A stretch of DNA of 64,000 nucleotides from Nitrospinaceae bacterium (GCA_965223665.1 OZ245011.1:3712001-3776000), one strand, 5' to 3'. Numbered from the stretch's first letter, positions 9,218 through 19,825 are shown. Numbers and translations: made by a program. Notes: generated by a model from the letters alone, not told the origin.

Positions 9218-11449
9218 TTATTGACTGTTAGCAAAACGTCTAAACTGCTTTTCTTTTTCAATTGTTATATCCACAGATTTAAACGAAGGTGTTTTTGACT
9301 GGTTGTCACAACTACGTGGAACCAGAATGTTGGCCTCTGGATAGTACATCATTACATTTCCCGATCGAATCGGATAGCCAATCAAAACTTGCTGGGAAAG
9401 GACACCCGTTTTACTTTTTACCGATACCCGGTCGTTTTCCATCCAACCATTCTGCTCTATGTCTTTAGGATTCATTAAAACGACATTACGGTCAAAGGTA
9501 CCTCGAAATTTATCCCTTGTTTCATAAACCACTGTATTGAATTGTCCTTCGGATCGAACTGTCATTAGTTTAAATTTATTGTTTTTTTCACTTTCTTTCC
9601 AGGAATTAGAATAATCAGGAATTTTGAATAATGCTTTTCCATTTTTTCTAGGAAAAAAAGGTTGGTGTAAAATTCTTCCCTCAATATGAAATTCTTTTTT
9701 TGTTTGATCCAAAGATTTAATTTTTTTAAAACCAGAAACTACTGAGCCAAGGGTTTGTCTAATTTCTTTATTGCTACTTAATCGATCCCATGGAATTGGG
9801 CTATTTGGTAAAACTTTTTGAGCAATTTTACTAATAATTGTGACTTCGCTTTTTGGACCAAAGTATCTGGGAGGGCCCCCTTCACTTAACCGAATGAAAT
9901 TGAACATACTTTCTTGAGTTGTTGGCTCGGGTTCTTCATCTCTAGCAAGAGCAGGAAGAATTAAAGTCGTCTGCCCACGACCTAAAAAGTGCCCTTGGTT
10001 TAATGTAGTATTTATATAAAGTGAAAATTTTATTTTAGATAATGCGGTTTCTGCGAAAGTTGAATCCGGGTTAGAACCAAATAAGTTTCCTCCCAAATTC
10101 CAAGCAAAATCAAATTTTCCTTCCGAAGCTGCTTCTACGCAAGATAAAGTATCCATTCCCTTCTTAGTGGGTAACCTTAGGTTGTAATAAGATTCTAAGT
10201 TATCGATAAAATCTTTTTTCAGTTGAGGTGTAAAACCTACCGAACCTATTCCTTGAACGTTACTATGGCCGCGAAGTGGAAGAAGGCCTGCTTGCTTTTT
10301 ACCAACCATACCGCGCATTAAGGCAAGGTTGACAATAGCTTGTACGTTTTCAACGCCATGGGCATGGTGAGTTATTCCCATAGCCCATGCAAAGACTACA
10401 TTTTTTGAGCGAGAGTACAAGTAGGCTAAAGATTCAATTTCTTTTTTTAAGACACCGGATTCAACTTCTATTTCTTGCCAAGATAATTTATCTAAGAAAC
10501 TCAGATAATCGTGAAAGCCTTCTGTGTGGTTTTTTATAAATTCATGGTCAAGTAAATGAGTCTGAGATTTGGCTAATTCATTCAATGCTTTAGAAATGCC
10601 TAAGCATAAGGGAATATCACCGCCAATATGGGGTTGAATGTAATGGGAGGCAATTTTGGAACCAAAGAAAAGGCTTTTCCAATCGGAAGGAACTTTAAAT
10701 TTTTGTAAACCGGGTTCAACGGCCGGGTTGATTACGATAACTTTTCCTCCTCTTCGACGGATATTCATCAACGTAGTCATGAATCTGGGATGATTTGAAG
10801 AGGGATTGGCTCCAATAAGAAAAATTAAATCTGTGTGATCTAAGTCATCTAGCTGAATGGTGGCAGTGCTGGTTCCAAGACTCTGATTTAAACCCACGCC
10901 AGAAGCTTGATGACAGTAATATGAGCAATTATTAATGTTATTGGTACCGTAATTTCGAGCGAATAGTTGGAGCAAGAAACCAGCTTCGTTTGAAGAACGT
11001 CCACTTGCATAAAAAAAAGTTTTATCAGGGGAAGTGCCTTTGATTTGTTCAACAATGCGAGCTTCGGCATCCGTCCAGGAAATGGGTCGATAATGAGTTT
11101 GGCCGGATTCACAAATTATGGGTTGTGTTAAGCGACCAGCATGTTCTAGTTCTAATGGTGTCCATGTTTTTAAATCGGTTACAGAATTTTTTTTGAAAAA
11201 ATCTTCTGGTATGGGGGATTGCATGTCGGAGGCTTGAGCATAAAAGGATTTTTTACAAACAGCAGGAAAATGGTTGTTTTCATCACGCATTCCGCCTCTT
11301 TGTCCACCCATGCCTAGAGCACAACTTTTACAGGTATTTTTGGTAAACAAGGCTTTAAACATGGACCAGGTCCCAGTCCGGAACGCAATGCTTAACGAGG
11401 AAAAAATGGAGTCCCATCCTGCAATGGTTTTGGGAATTTTAGCAGGCAT
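9218..11449 (-). CDS. FdhF/YdeP family molybdopterin oxidoreductase
   Basis: CKSCALGMGG, YASGRSSNE, NNCSYYCHQASG, LRGHSNVQG, TVRSEGQFNT. Confidence 0.93.
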   Translation of the reverse strand: MPAKIPKTIAGWDSIFSSLSIAFRTGTWSMFKALFTKNTCKSCALGMGGQRGGMRDENNHFPAVCKKSFYAQASDMQSPIPEDFFKKNSVTDLKTWTPLELEHAGRLTQPIICESGQTHYRPISWTDAEARIVEQIKGTSPDKTFFYASGRSSNEAGFLLQLFARNYGTNNINNCSYYCHQASGVGLNQSLGTSTATIQLDDLDHTDLIFLIGANPSSNHPRFMTTLMNIRRRGGKVIVINPAVEPGLQKFKVPSDWKSLFFGSKIASHYIQPHIGGDIPLCLGISKALNELAKSQTHLLDHEFIKNHTEGFHDYLSFLDKLSWQEIEVESGVLKKEIESLAYLYSRSKNVVFAWAMGITHHAHGVENVQAIVNLALMRGMVGKKQAGLLPLRGHSNVQGIGSVGFTPQLKKDFIDNLESYYNLRLPTKKGMDTLSCVEAASEGKFDFAWNLGGNLFGSNPDSTFAETALSKIKFSLYINTTLNQGHFLGRGQTTLILPALARDEEPEPTTQESMFNFIRLSEGGPPRYFGPKSEVTIISKIAQKVLPNSPIPWDRLSSNKEIRQTLGSVVSGFKKIKSLDQTKKEFHIEGRILHQPFFPRKNGKALFKIPDYSNSWKESEKNNKFKLMTVRSEGQFNTVVYETRDKFRGTFDRNVVLMNPKDIEQNGWMENDRVSVKSKTGVLSQQVLIGYPIRSGNVMMYYPEANILVPRSCDNQSKTPSFKSVDITIEKEKQFRRFANSQ

Positions 11450-11536
11450 AAATGACCTACGGTAGTTTCAAAATATTTTTTACTATTATACTATTTTAAG
11501 AATTTAGAGGGGAAAGAAACAATTGAAAAACGTAGG

Positions 11537-13519
11537 TCAGTCACTCATTAATTCAATAAGAGCCTCAACACATTTAGGATCATAGCGCCCTTTATTGGCT
11601 TCTTTCTGAATTTCAAGAATTGCACTTTTGTACTCCCAGGTTTCCTCAGAGTATACTCGCCAACCTGTCATGGAATCAAAAGCATCAGCAACTGTTAAGA
11701 TTCTTGCACCGATTGGGATATCATTACCCTTTAGGCCTTGAGGATAACCTGAACCATCAAAGTTTTCGTGATGTCCTAGAATTATTTTTTGGATGGAATC
11801 AGATTCATAACCTAATTCCTTAATTAAGTTTACGCTTTCTTCAGAATGGTTTTTTAATTCTTCATGCTCGTTTGGAAGAAGTTTCCCCGGCCGTTCCAAA
11901 TATTCATGGGAAACAGATTCTTTTCCAATATCGTGTAAATATCCGGCAATTAAAATATCTTCTTTTTCTTTTTCAGATAAACCCAAATGATCAGCCATAG
12001 CAAAAGAAATTGTTGCAACCAATTTCCCATGATGAAGACTTCCATCAATTAATTCGGAACGAAGTGATAAATCTTCCGGAAGGTTCATTTGAGCTAAGAT
12101 GTGGTGATATTTTTTATAAAATTTTTCGGGAATTTTATTACGGTTTTGTAATGGATCATAAAAGCCAATGATTTTATAAACGGCCATTCGGTTTTTTTTG
12201 CCTTTAAGCATTAGTTTTTCAAATTCATCCTTTTTAAGATTGGCTTCCGCAAATGAAAGCTTCGCTTCTGTATGGTCAGGATTTATTCTTAAAAGATTTT
12301 CGTAACATTCCATAGCCAATGTTGCCTGACGATTTTGAAAGTATATTTGTCCTAATTGGAATAGTTTTTCCTGGTTGTAGGGATCTTCACCCAAATCACG
12401 TCTCAAACGATCAATTCTTTCTTGTGACTTATAATCTGTGGAACGCTTACCATGGAAATCGTGTACACGAATTGCTTCTACATAAGGTTCTACATCGAGA
12501 TATGTTTTTTCATCAATGTAAATGGAACCTACCTCACAAATATTTTCTAATCGTGATGCGAGATTTGCCGTACTACCGATACAAGAATATGTTTTTCTTT
12601 TTGAACCAAATAAACCGACCACTGAGGTTCCCGTGGCAATTCCAATTCTCATTTTCCATGGGCAATCAATTTGTAAAAGCTTTTTTTGCATTGACATTCC
12701 TGCTATCACAGCCATTAAGGAATGCATTCGGTAATTAATAGGGGCACAAAATTCAGCCATTATTCCATCCCCTAAGTATTTGTCAACATGGCCGTAATAA
12801 CGTTGAATACAAGTTTCCATTTCTTTAAGGTAGTTATTTAACTCTTCAACTACCTTTTCGGGAGGATTTTCATCAGAGTAATTTGTGAAATCTTTTAAAT
12901 CGGCAAAAAGGACTGAAATGCGGCGCTTTTCGTTGCGAAGTGTGCCCTCCATCATCATTTTTACTGCTGCAGGATCCATAATGGAGTTCAAGGCTGACTC
13001 CATTTTGTCTTTTAGAGTTTTAACTTCTTTGTATGAATTTTCTAGTTTAGCTGTTTTTTCAGTTAAGGAATTTTCAAAATCTACATTGGACTGTTCTAAA
13101 GATTCTCTGGCTTCATCCAATTCTTCATTTTTTTGTTCCAGTTCTTTATTCAACTGGCCAATTTGGCTTTCCTCTTCACTAACTTTCTGGCTTAGGTTTC
13201 TAGCTAAAGCACCAACAAGGGTTAAAAATCCCATCCAAATTGTTAAATTGAAGAAATAGTCGAATTGATCCCTGGGAATAAATGAACCTTTTAAAGCAAA
13301 TAAAGCAAAAACCCAGAAAACATAAACTCCAAAAAATACCCATAAAAACAAACTCTTTTTGTTTAAGAAAAAACCGATGAGGATTGGAAAAATATAATAA
13401 ATATTTAAAAATTCTCCCCGACCGTAAATTACTAAATTAATTAAATCGCCGAAAATTAAAATAGCTAAAATGGCTATGGATTCTACTAAAGGAATTTTTG
13501 TTTTTCTTAAAGCTTTCAT
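11537..13519 (-). CDS. Membrane-anchored class III nucleotide cyclase with inserted TPR and C-terminal HD-GYP domain
   Basis: N-terminal TM helices, coiled coil, VLFADLKDFT / DKYLGDGIMA / IGSTANLASRLE cyclase motifs, a TPR pair, then HDIGK...HHENFDGSGYP. Confidence 0.9.
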   Translation of the reverse strand: MKALRKTKIPLVESIAILAILIFGDLINLVIYGRGEFLNIYYIFPILIGFFLNKKSLFLWVFFGVYVFWVFALFALKGSFIPRDQFDYFFNLTIWMGFLTLVGALARNLSQKVSEEESQIGQLNKELEQKNEELDEARESLEQSNVDFENSLTEKTAKLENSYKEVKTLKDKMESALNSIMDPAAVKMMMEGTLRNEKRRISVLFADLKDFTNYSDENPPEKVVEELNNYLKEMETCIQRYYGHVDKYLGDGIMAEFCAPINYRMHSLMAVIAGMSMQKKLLQIDCPWKMRIGIATGTSVVGLFGSKRKTYSCIGSTANLASRLENICEVGSIYIDEKTYLDVEPYVEAIRVHDFHGKRSTDYKSQERIDRLRRDLGEDPYNQEKLFQLGQIYFQNRQATLAMECYENLLRINPDHTEAKLSFAEANLKKDEFEKLMLKGKKNRMAVYKIIGFYDPLQNRNKIPEKFYKKYHHILAQMNLPEDLSLRSELIDGSLHHGKLVATISFAMADHLGLSEKEKEDILIAGYLHDIGKESVSHEYLERPGKLLPNEHEELKNHSEESVNLIKELGYESDSIQKIILGHHENFDGSGYPQGLKGNDIPIGARILTVADAFDSMTGWRVYSEETWEYKSAILEIQKEANKGRYDPKCVEALIELMSD

Positions 13520-13558
13520 TGGAGGAGGGTATCAAGTAATTTTAAAAATGTTCCTTTG

Positions 13559-15565
13559 TTATTCGAGGAAAAACTTTATTTCACTTGTTGCGGTTAAATA
13601 AATTAAAAAAGAATCCTTAGTTGAATTAACACCTATATATTTTACATCCTTTATTTCTCCAGAAAACCTTTCTTTTTGTGAAAATTCTTTATTTAGGGCC
13701 ATATTGGTAAAATTCAAAGATTCTTTTTTCTTTTTGGTTAAGTCCCAACTGGTATTATCTCGCAAATAGCTGATAAAATCTTTTTCTAACAACCATTTGG
13801 CATTTTTGGTGAGCCAATCTCTGGTGTTTAAATCAAAATCAAGGTCAGGTATGGTTAATTTGCTCTCCTTGTCGTCATATTGTGGTTTCCCGCTTAAATA
13901 AATTCGGCCACTGAAGGTTCCAATTAAATCCAGTTCTATAACTGTTTTTAAGCTGTTTCCATAGACGTTCACATTTTTTATGGTTACTTTTTGTTTTCCA
14001 AAATAAGGAAGAGTTTTTTTAGTCAAATTACCTTCCAATTTTTGGGCCGCATCTTTAAATCTTAAGGCCATATTAGTTAAAATTGTCGAATTTCCTGAAG
14101 GGTCCCCAAGCAAAATATCTGGTAGAGGATGAGATTTTATTGTTGGATTGAATCCGATGATTACTTGAGGATTAGACTCAATACCAATAGATAGTGAGGC
14201 ATTTGTCGCATCTAATTTTATGGGAGTCACTCGAACTTTGCTGGGTTTTACCACCAACCAGACATTTTCTTTTGGATCAATACTTATAGGCCGATTGAGC
14301 ATGGACCAGGCCGTCTGTGCAAATGGTCTTAAGTTGACAAACTTTGGTGACCTATCATCTAAGTTTTTAGCAAATTCCTCGAGTTGTTTAGTTAATCTTG
14401 ATTGAATTAAATTAATGATCTCGGGTTTGGTGCCTGCTTCGGTGCATCCTTTTGAGTTTTCAGTAGTGACTTCTGATCGAGAAAGTAATCTCCAGTCACT
14501 TTGCAGGGAAAATTCGGATCTTAAGACTACATCAATGGATGGAAGCGGATCTTGTTGTCCGCAAGCGGTAATGGTATCCCAGATACAACAGGTAAAAGGA
14601 GGATAAGGCCGATTTCTTTTTTCTGCGTATTCTAATTGATATTTAAAATTTGAAGTGAAATCCGATTTATTTCCATTTGTTGTGAGCGCGAAGTTCTCAC
14701 GGTCCCATTTATATTTTAGTGCCTTAGGGGAATCCCAAGTTGGAAACGGTCCCCAGTTTTCATTGAAATCTTCGCCTTTGGGAGTATTTGCTTCTAACTG
14801 CAAGATATTAATAACATCTCCCAGCGAAATGGTAACGGGCACAATTATAGTGGATGGATCAATTTCCGGAATTGGGTTTTCATTAGGTATTACAGGGATT
14901 GGAGCTGCAATATTTTCTTTTTTAGCAATTACCTTTGGTTTGGGGGATGATTTTGCTTTTTTTGATGATTTTTGAATAATTTCTTTTTTATTTGACTTTG
15001 AAACTTTTGGAGAAACTTCTTTAGATTTTTCTTTTTTTTCTGTTGAGGGTAATTGGGCTGAAGGCGTCCTTTTTTTTGTGAGTTTTTTAGTTGTTTGAGA
15101 TTTAGGTTCAATCTCTTCCTTTTGCGTCTCTTTTTTTAAAGTGTTTACTTTATTATTTTCCGCTACTAGGTTGGAATTGGAACTCTCCTGGGTTGCATTT
15201 GGTTTTTCGAGGGAAGTAGGCGCTTCTATTTTTTTTTGAGAAATTATTTTCCCTTCATCTTTTTTTTTCTCCAAATTTGAGGTTTCTGTTTTTAATTCTT
15301 TCTTATCAATCTTTGGCTCTATAGGTAATTTTTCTTTTGTTGGAGGAGGGACGAGGGGAGGAGGAGATTTTTCATTAATAGTTGAAGTATTTTCTTCAGG
15401 CGCTTTTGAAGCCACTTTTTCTTTTTTTTCAGTATCTGAGGAATTTTTACTTTCAGTAGTTGGAGGGGGAGACGGATACCAGGTTTTTTTGTATACAGAT
15501 GAACAACCTGAAGGAAGGATAAAAAATATCAAAAATAAAATAATTAATTTATTGCTTAGGGGCAT
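13559..15565 (-). CDS. DUF4403-like lipoprotein with long low-complexity N-terminal linker
   Basis: LPSGC lipobox; ~200-aa P/K/E/S/T-rich region; then WLVVKP, GRIYLSGKPQYD, IPDLDFDLNT as in DUF4403. Confidence 0.72.
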   Translation of the reverse strand: MPLSNKLIILFLIFFILPSGCSSVYKKTWYPSPPPTTESKNSSDTEKKEKVASKAPEENTSTINEKSPPPLVPPPTKEKLPIEPKIDKKELKTETSNLEKKKDEGKIISQKKIEAPTSLEKPNATQESSNSNLVAENNKVNTLKKETQKEEIEPKSQTTKKLTKKRTPSAQLPSTEKKEKSKEVSPKVSKSNKKEIIQKSSKKAKSSPKPKVIAKKENIAAPIPVIPNENPIPEIDPSTIIVPVTISLGDVINILQLEANTPKGEDFNENWGPFPTWDSPKALKYKWDRENFALTTNGNKSDFTSNFKYQLEYAEKRNRPYPPFTCCIWDTITACGQQDPLPSIDVVLRSEFSLQSDWRLLSRSEVTTENSKGCTEAGTKPEIINLIQSRLTKQLEEFAKNLDDRSPKFVNLRPFAQTAWSMLNRPISIDPKENVWLVVKPSKVRVTPIKLDATNASLSIGIESNPQVIIGFNPTIKSHPLPDILLGDPSGNSTILTNMALRFKDAAQKLEGNLTKKTLPYFGKQKVTIKNVNVYGNSLKTVIELDLIGTFSGRIYLSGKPQYDDKESKLTIPDLDFDLNTRDWLTKNAKWLLEKDFISYLRDNTSWDLTKKKKESLNFTNMALNKEFSQKERFSGEIKDVKYIGVNSTKDSFLIYLTATSEIKFFLE

Positions 15566-15963
15566 GTGGAAATAACTCTTTTATAAATATCTTATCTTTA
15601 AATTAAATAACCGTCAATAATTCATATATAAAGAGATTGGATTTTTGCTTTTACAGTTGAATTTTTTAAAACTAGAAATTAACCTAAATTGGTGTAGGGA
15701 TATTTTATGGTTAATTAATGAATGTTTTTTGCTCCTTTAATTATCATCCCAAGGGTACTTTAATACTATTTTTTCTCAAAGATAATATTCAATGTTTTTG
15801 GGAAATAATCGCCGCTTAATCAACCTTAATAGGTTAATTTATTTTTCTGGCATTCCAAAGCTTTTTTGGATCGAAGAATAAAACCTGTGGATAACAAATA
15901 ATCAACTCAAAGATTTTTAAGGGCTAGTATTTCAAGCATTTCTAATTTTTAGGAGAAATTCCA

Positions 15964-16644
15964 TTGAAGAAAAATAAATCAAAGAATCTCTTTATATTGT
16001 TATTGGTGGGATTTGGTTTTTATTTTACAGGTTGTGCAACCATATTTTCTGATGGTAAAGATGACGTAACTATCAAATCCAATGTCCCTGGAGTTAAAGT
16101 TTTCATGGACGGGAACTTAAGGGGAGAAACTCCCCTGAATCTTTCAGTAAAAAGAAAATTGCAAAAATATAAAATGAAATTTGTAAAAGAAGGATATGAA
16201 ACCCAAGAGTTTGAACTAGCTCATGAGTTTAATTTTAATACGGGTATGGTATTGGATTTAACTGGAACTGCGATTTCTCTTACCCCCGGTGCGGTCGATG
16301 CTTTATCGGGTAATTTGATTAGATATTCTCCCACAGAATATCAAATCGAAATGATGCCTATAAAAGCGAGTGAACTGGAATTTAAAAAAGTTTTAAAATC
16401 CAAAAACTTTGCTGCTTTCAATTTTAAATTTTTGGTGAGGGATATAGTAGCCGGGAAGGGAGAATACTTAGATTCTCTAATTTATAGCTTTAATATTCCC
16501 AAATATAAGAAAAACAGTATTGAAAAATTAATTCATCAAAACAAAGAAAACCTTTTATTAAGCGAAAATGGAATTGTACTTTGGGATAAAATAAATACCT
16601 TATTAGAAAATGATAATAATCTGAATATATCCCATTTAAATTAA
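15964..16644 (+). CDS. PEGA-domain lipoprotein with DUF3015-like C-terminus
   Basis: FTGCATIF lipobox; IKSNVPGVKVFMDG...GETP...KEGY PEGA motif; LVRDIVAGKGEYLDSL. Confidence 0.75.
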   Translation: MKKNKSKNLFILLLVGFGFYFTGCATIFSDGKDDVTIKSNVPGVKVFMDGNLRGETPLNLSVKRKLQKYKMKFVKEGYETQEFELAHEFNFNTGMVLDLTGTAISLTPGAVDALSGNLIRYSPTEYQIEMMPIKASELEFKKVLKSKNFAAFNFKFLVRDIVAGKGEYLDSLIYSFNIPKYKKNSIEKLIHQNKENLLLSENGIVLWDKINTLLENDNNLNISHLN

Positions 16645-16652
16645 TCCAACTA

Positions 16653-16680
16653 TAAAAAGCGGGCTTCTGCCCGCTTTTTA
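16653..16680 (+). terminator. Intrinsic terminator (bidirectional form)
   Basis: TAAAAAGCGGGC-TTCT-GCCCGCTTTTTA perfect hairpin just after the stop. Confidence 0.88.
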
Positions 16681-16836
16681 AGGGAAAATAAGTGTTTCTA
16701 AGTTAAAAAAACTTATTGAACTTATCATTTCTTAGCGTAGAATCCCCTCTGTGAAATTAAATTTTTTTTTAATTTTTTAAATCCTCAATCACCTTCCGTA
16801 ATGATCTGAAAATATTTTGGTTTCTCTTTTGTATCA

Positions 16837-18336
16837 ATGAAAGACCTTTATAATAATAAAACCTTTCATTATATTTTTTTAACTTACTTTTCTCTCTTAT
16901 CTACCCTGAGTCGAATTGCCGGGTTGGGTTTAAGACCAGATGCTGATGCTTGGTATGCACAAAAAGGTAAAGAGTTATTAAAATCTACAAACCCATTTAT
17001 TGTTACTTTTAATGGGGAGCCTTCTTTTGAACACACTCCTTTTCCAATCTGGATGGATGCGATTTCATTTCAGATATTTGGTGTATCTTCTTATGGCGCT
17101 ATTTTCCCTTCTGCGGTGTTCGCAACTTTGACCATAATTTTAACTTATAAGCTTTCATACAAATTATTTGGTGATCGTTGGATAGCATTTGTTTCTGGAA
17201 TTGTTTTGTTATTTCCAGGTTATTTCTTTGAAAATGCAAGGAGAGGTCATGTGGATGCCACTTTGGGATTTATGGTAATTTTGGCCTTATATTTTTTTTG
17301 GCGCGGAAATGAAAACTCCAAATGGTATTACGGTTACGGATTAGCAACGGGTTTTGCCGTCCTAACCAAAAGTTTAGTTGGTTTGTTTCCTTATCTAATC
17401 GGTCTCGTTTTTTTAATTTTTACACGACAATTTAGAAAAATTTTTCATCCGCATTTGGTTTTGGGAGTTTCTTTAGGAACAATTGTTGGCTTTAGTTGGT
17501 TTGTTTTCAGTTGGATTTACTTTGAGAACGAATTTTATGAGCATCATTTAATGCATATGTTATTTAGAAACTTTGCCGAGGATACAAATCAATTGGCAGG
17601 GTATGTGTTCTATTTAAAAGAAATTTTTAAATACTATTGGCCTTGGTTTCCTATTTTAGTATTTAGTTTCTGGCTATTTTTTAAAAAGATATATTTGGAA
17701 AAAAGGAGTGAATATCTGTTTGTCTTGATTTGGTTCTTTAGTATTTATATTGTTATGAGCCTCCATGGTAGACAGCAAATGCAATATATGATTTCTATAT
17801 TTCCAGCAATGGCCCTGATGGTTTCTAAAGTAATTGGAGATAATTTACCTCCCTTTTGGAGACTTAAATCAACCCCTTATATTATCGGGATAATTATGCT
17901 GACCACCTTTGTAATCGGGGGGACAAATATCAAAATAAAAAATGCCAGTTCACTAAATCCAAAAAGTGAATGGACTAGAAATTTAGCAGCTGTTGTTAAC
18001 CTAAATACCCCTCCCGATAGCGTTGTGTCTAATTATCAGATCAATAATTGGCAGGAAGAACCGAGGACAGGTCTATTGTTTTTTGCGGATAGATATTTGG
18101 TAGATCCAGTAAATGATGAAAAGGTCCTTATCGATACTGTTGAAAAGAACCCAAAGATGACTTGGCTGACCTATATTGGAGTTTATAAAAAATTACAAAA
18201 GGACCATCCCGATAGGTTTTATTTGATCCATGCGAATAAAAAATATGCTTATTTCACTTCTAAAATAAATCGAAATAATATTAAATATGATTTTTCTAAA
18301 GAAGGATTAACCTATTTGTCACAGGAGTTATTTTGA
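16837..18336 (+). CDS. ArnT/PMT-like GT-C glycosyltransferase
   Basis: DAWYA, FEHTPFPIW, ARRGHVD, AVLTKSLVG motifs; many TM segments. Confidence 0.85.
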   Translation: MKDLYNNKTFHYIFLTYFSLLSTLSRIAGLGLRPDADAWYAQKGKELLKSTNPFIVTFNGEPSFEHTPFPIWMDAISFQIFGVSSYGAIFPSAVFATLTIILTYKLSYKLFGDRWIAFVSGIVLLFPGYFFENARRGHVDATLGFMVILALYFFWRGNENSKWYYGYGLATGFAVLTKSLVGLFPYLIGLVFLIFTRQFRKIFHPHLVLGVSLGTIVGFSWFVFSWIYFENEFYEHHLMHMLFRNFAEDTNQLAGYVFYLKEIFKYYWPWFPILVFSFWLFFKKIYLEKRSEYLFVLIWFFSIYIVMSLHGRQQMQYMISIFPAMALMVSKVIGDNLPPFWRLKSTPYIIGIIMLTTFVIGGTNIKIKNASSLNPKSEWTRNLAAVVNLNTPPDSVVSNYQINNWQEEPRTGLLFFADRYLVDPVNDEKVLIDTVEKNPKMTWLTYIGVYKKLQKDHPDRFYLIHANKKYAYFTSKINRNNIKYDFSKEGLTYLSQELF

Positions 18337-19322
18337 ATTCGTTTTCTAAAGGTTTGGGAGAAATTCCTGTTACTTTGTTAGCAGGGTTTTTAGGTTCCGG
18401 AAAGACTACCCTTTTAAACTATATACTAAGCCAAAACCATGGGAAGCGAATTGCTGTGGTAGAAAATGAGTTTGGAGATATAAATGTTGACCATGATTTA
18501 ATTATTGGTGCTGAAGAAGATATTTTTGAAATGAGTAATGGTTGTGTTTGCTGTTCAATAAAGGGAGATTTGATAAAAACTTTAAATCGACTACTTCAAA
18601 AAAAAGAAAAGTTTGATTCAGTTTTGATTGAAGCTACTGGGTTAGCTTCTCCAGGTCCCATTGCTCAAGCATTTTTGGTGGAAGATGCAGTATCTAATGA
18701 GATTAAGTTAGATGGAATCGTAACGATGGTCGATGCAAAAAATATTTATCTCCAATTGGAGGAAATGGATGTTGCTTGGGAACAAATTGCATTTTCAAAT
18801 GTTATTTTAATAAATAAGATTGATTTAGTTGAGGAAAATGATCTTTTAACTTTAAAATCTCAAATTAGATCCTTAAATCCTTTTGCTGAAATATTTTTAA
18901 CTAAACAGGCAATTGTAAATTTAGATGAGATATTAAATATTGGTGGCTTTGATTTAAGTCGAACTTTAGATAGTTTTGAATTTCAAGATATTAAAAATTC
19001 ACAACAAATAGCCTCAAATAAAAAAAGTGATATTAGCTCGGTTTCGGTTACCCTACCTGGATTTATTAATATTGATCAATTTACGGCGTGGTTACAAATG
19101 CTTTTAATCATGGAAGGAATAGATGTAATTAGAGCCAAGGGATTCCTTAATATTAAGGGAAGTAATGAAAAGCATGTTTTTCAAAGTGTGTTTATGATGT
19201 TTGAAAGTCGACCAGGAATTTCATGGGGAGATTCTACTAGAGAAAATTCTATTGTATTTATTGGAAGAGATTTGGATCAAAATAAACTTTTTAATGGGGT
19301 AAAATCTTGTTTGGAAGACTAG
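18333..19322 (+). CDS. COG0523/CobW family metallochaperone GTPase
   Basis: GFLGSGKTT, ENEFG, GCVCC, EATG, NKID; start overlaps the upstream stop. Confidence 0.93.
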   Translation: MNSFSKGLGEIPVTLLAGFLGSGKTTLLNYILSQNHGKRIAVVENEFGDINVDHDLIIGAEEDIFEMSNGCVCCSIKGDLIKTLNRLLQKKEKFDSVLIEATGLASPGPIAQAFLVEDAVSNEIKLDGIVTMVDAKNIYLQLEEMDVAWEQIAFSNVILINKIDLVEENDLLTLKSQIRSLNPFAEIFLTKQAIVNLDEILNIGGFDLSRTLDSFEFQDIKNSQQIASNKKSDISSVSVTLPGFINIDQFTAWLQMLLIMEGIDVIRAKGFLNIKGSNEKHVFQSVFMMFESRPGISWGDSTRENSIVFIGRDLDQNKLFNGVKSCLED

Positions 19323-19798
19323 TTGGGGAATTCTTTATTAAAATAAAAATGTGTTAATCCCTAAACGATTTATTAATTGGCGAAAACTTAATTTCTAAAA
19401 AAATTTTCTGTTCCTACTTTTGTTTCTCTTTATCTAATACAAAATCACTTATTATTAGGTATGAGTGGAAGAAAAAATGGACCAATTTGGGAAAAAATAT
19501 TAAATCTCCGGAAAAATCCTTTATTCCTATTCCCTAACTGACCAATTAACCTATTCCGAAATTTATTAAAAAATTTAGATTTTTTAATTAAGCCATTTTC
19601 AACATTTTTCATAAAGTTCCCACCCATTGTAATTCTCACCAATTATTGGAATACCACCCGTTTTGTTAAAATTTTTATACACCGACGTTACTTTTTTTGT
19701 AATTTGAATTAGAAACTCGAATTTACTGATTTCAAAATTATTAAACTAATTATTTGTATTTTACGAAGTTAATAGGTTTTTGAAAATAGTTCTTAAAA

Positions 19799-19814
19799 TG
19801 GCAAAGGAATTGCA
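19799..19814 (+). promoter_or_regulatory. Sigma54 (-24/-12) promoter
   Basis: TGGCAA-AGGAA-TTGCA matches TGGCAC-N5-TTGCW with exact spacing, in a 1-kb intergenic region oriented toward 20317. Confidence 0.65.
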
Positions 19815-19825
19815 CCAAATAAATT

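Noticed and set aside
15886-15894. Perfect DnaA box TGTGGATAA
   Set aside because: Single copy with no box cluster or dnaA nearby; not evidence for oriC, though it could be a regulatory site.
19445-19642. 65-aa - strand ORF in the intergenic region
   Set aside because: Low-complexity K/F/N composition typical of AT-rich non-coding DNA; TTG start; lies in the probable sigma54 upstream region.
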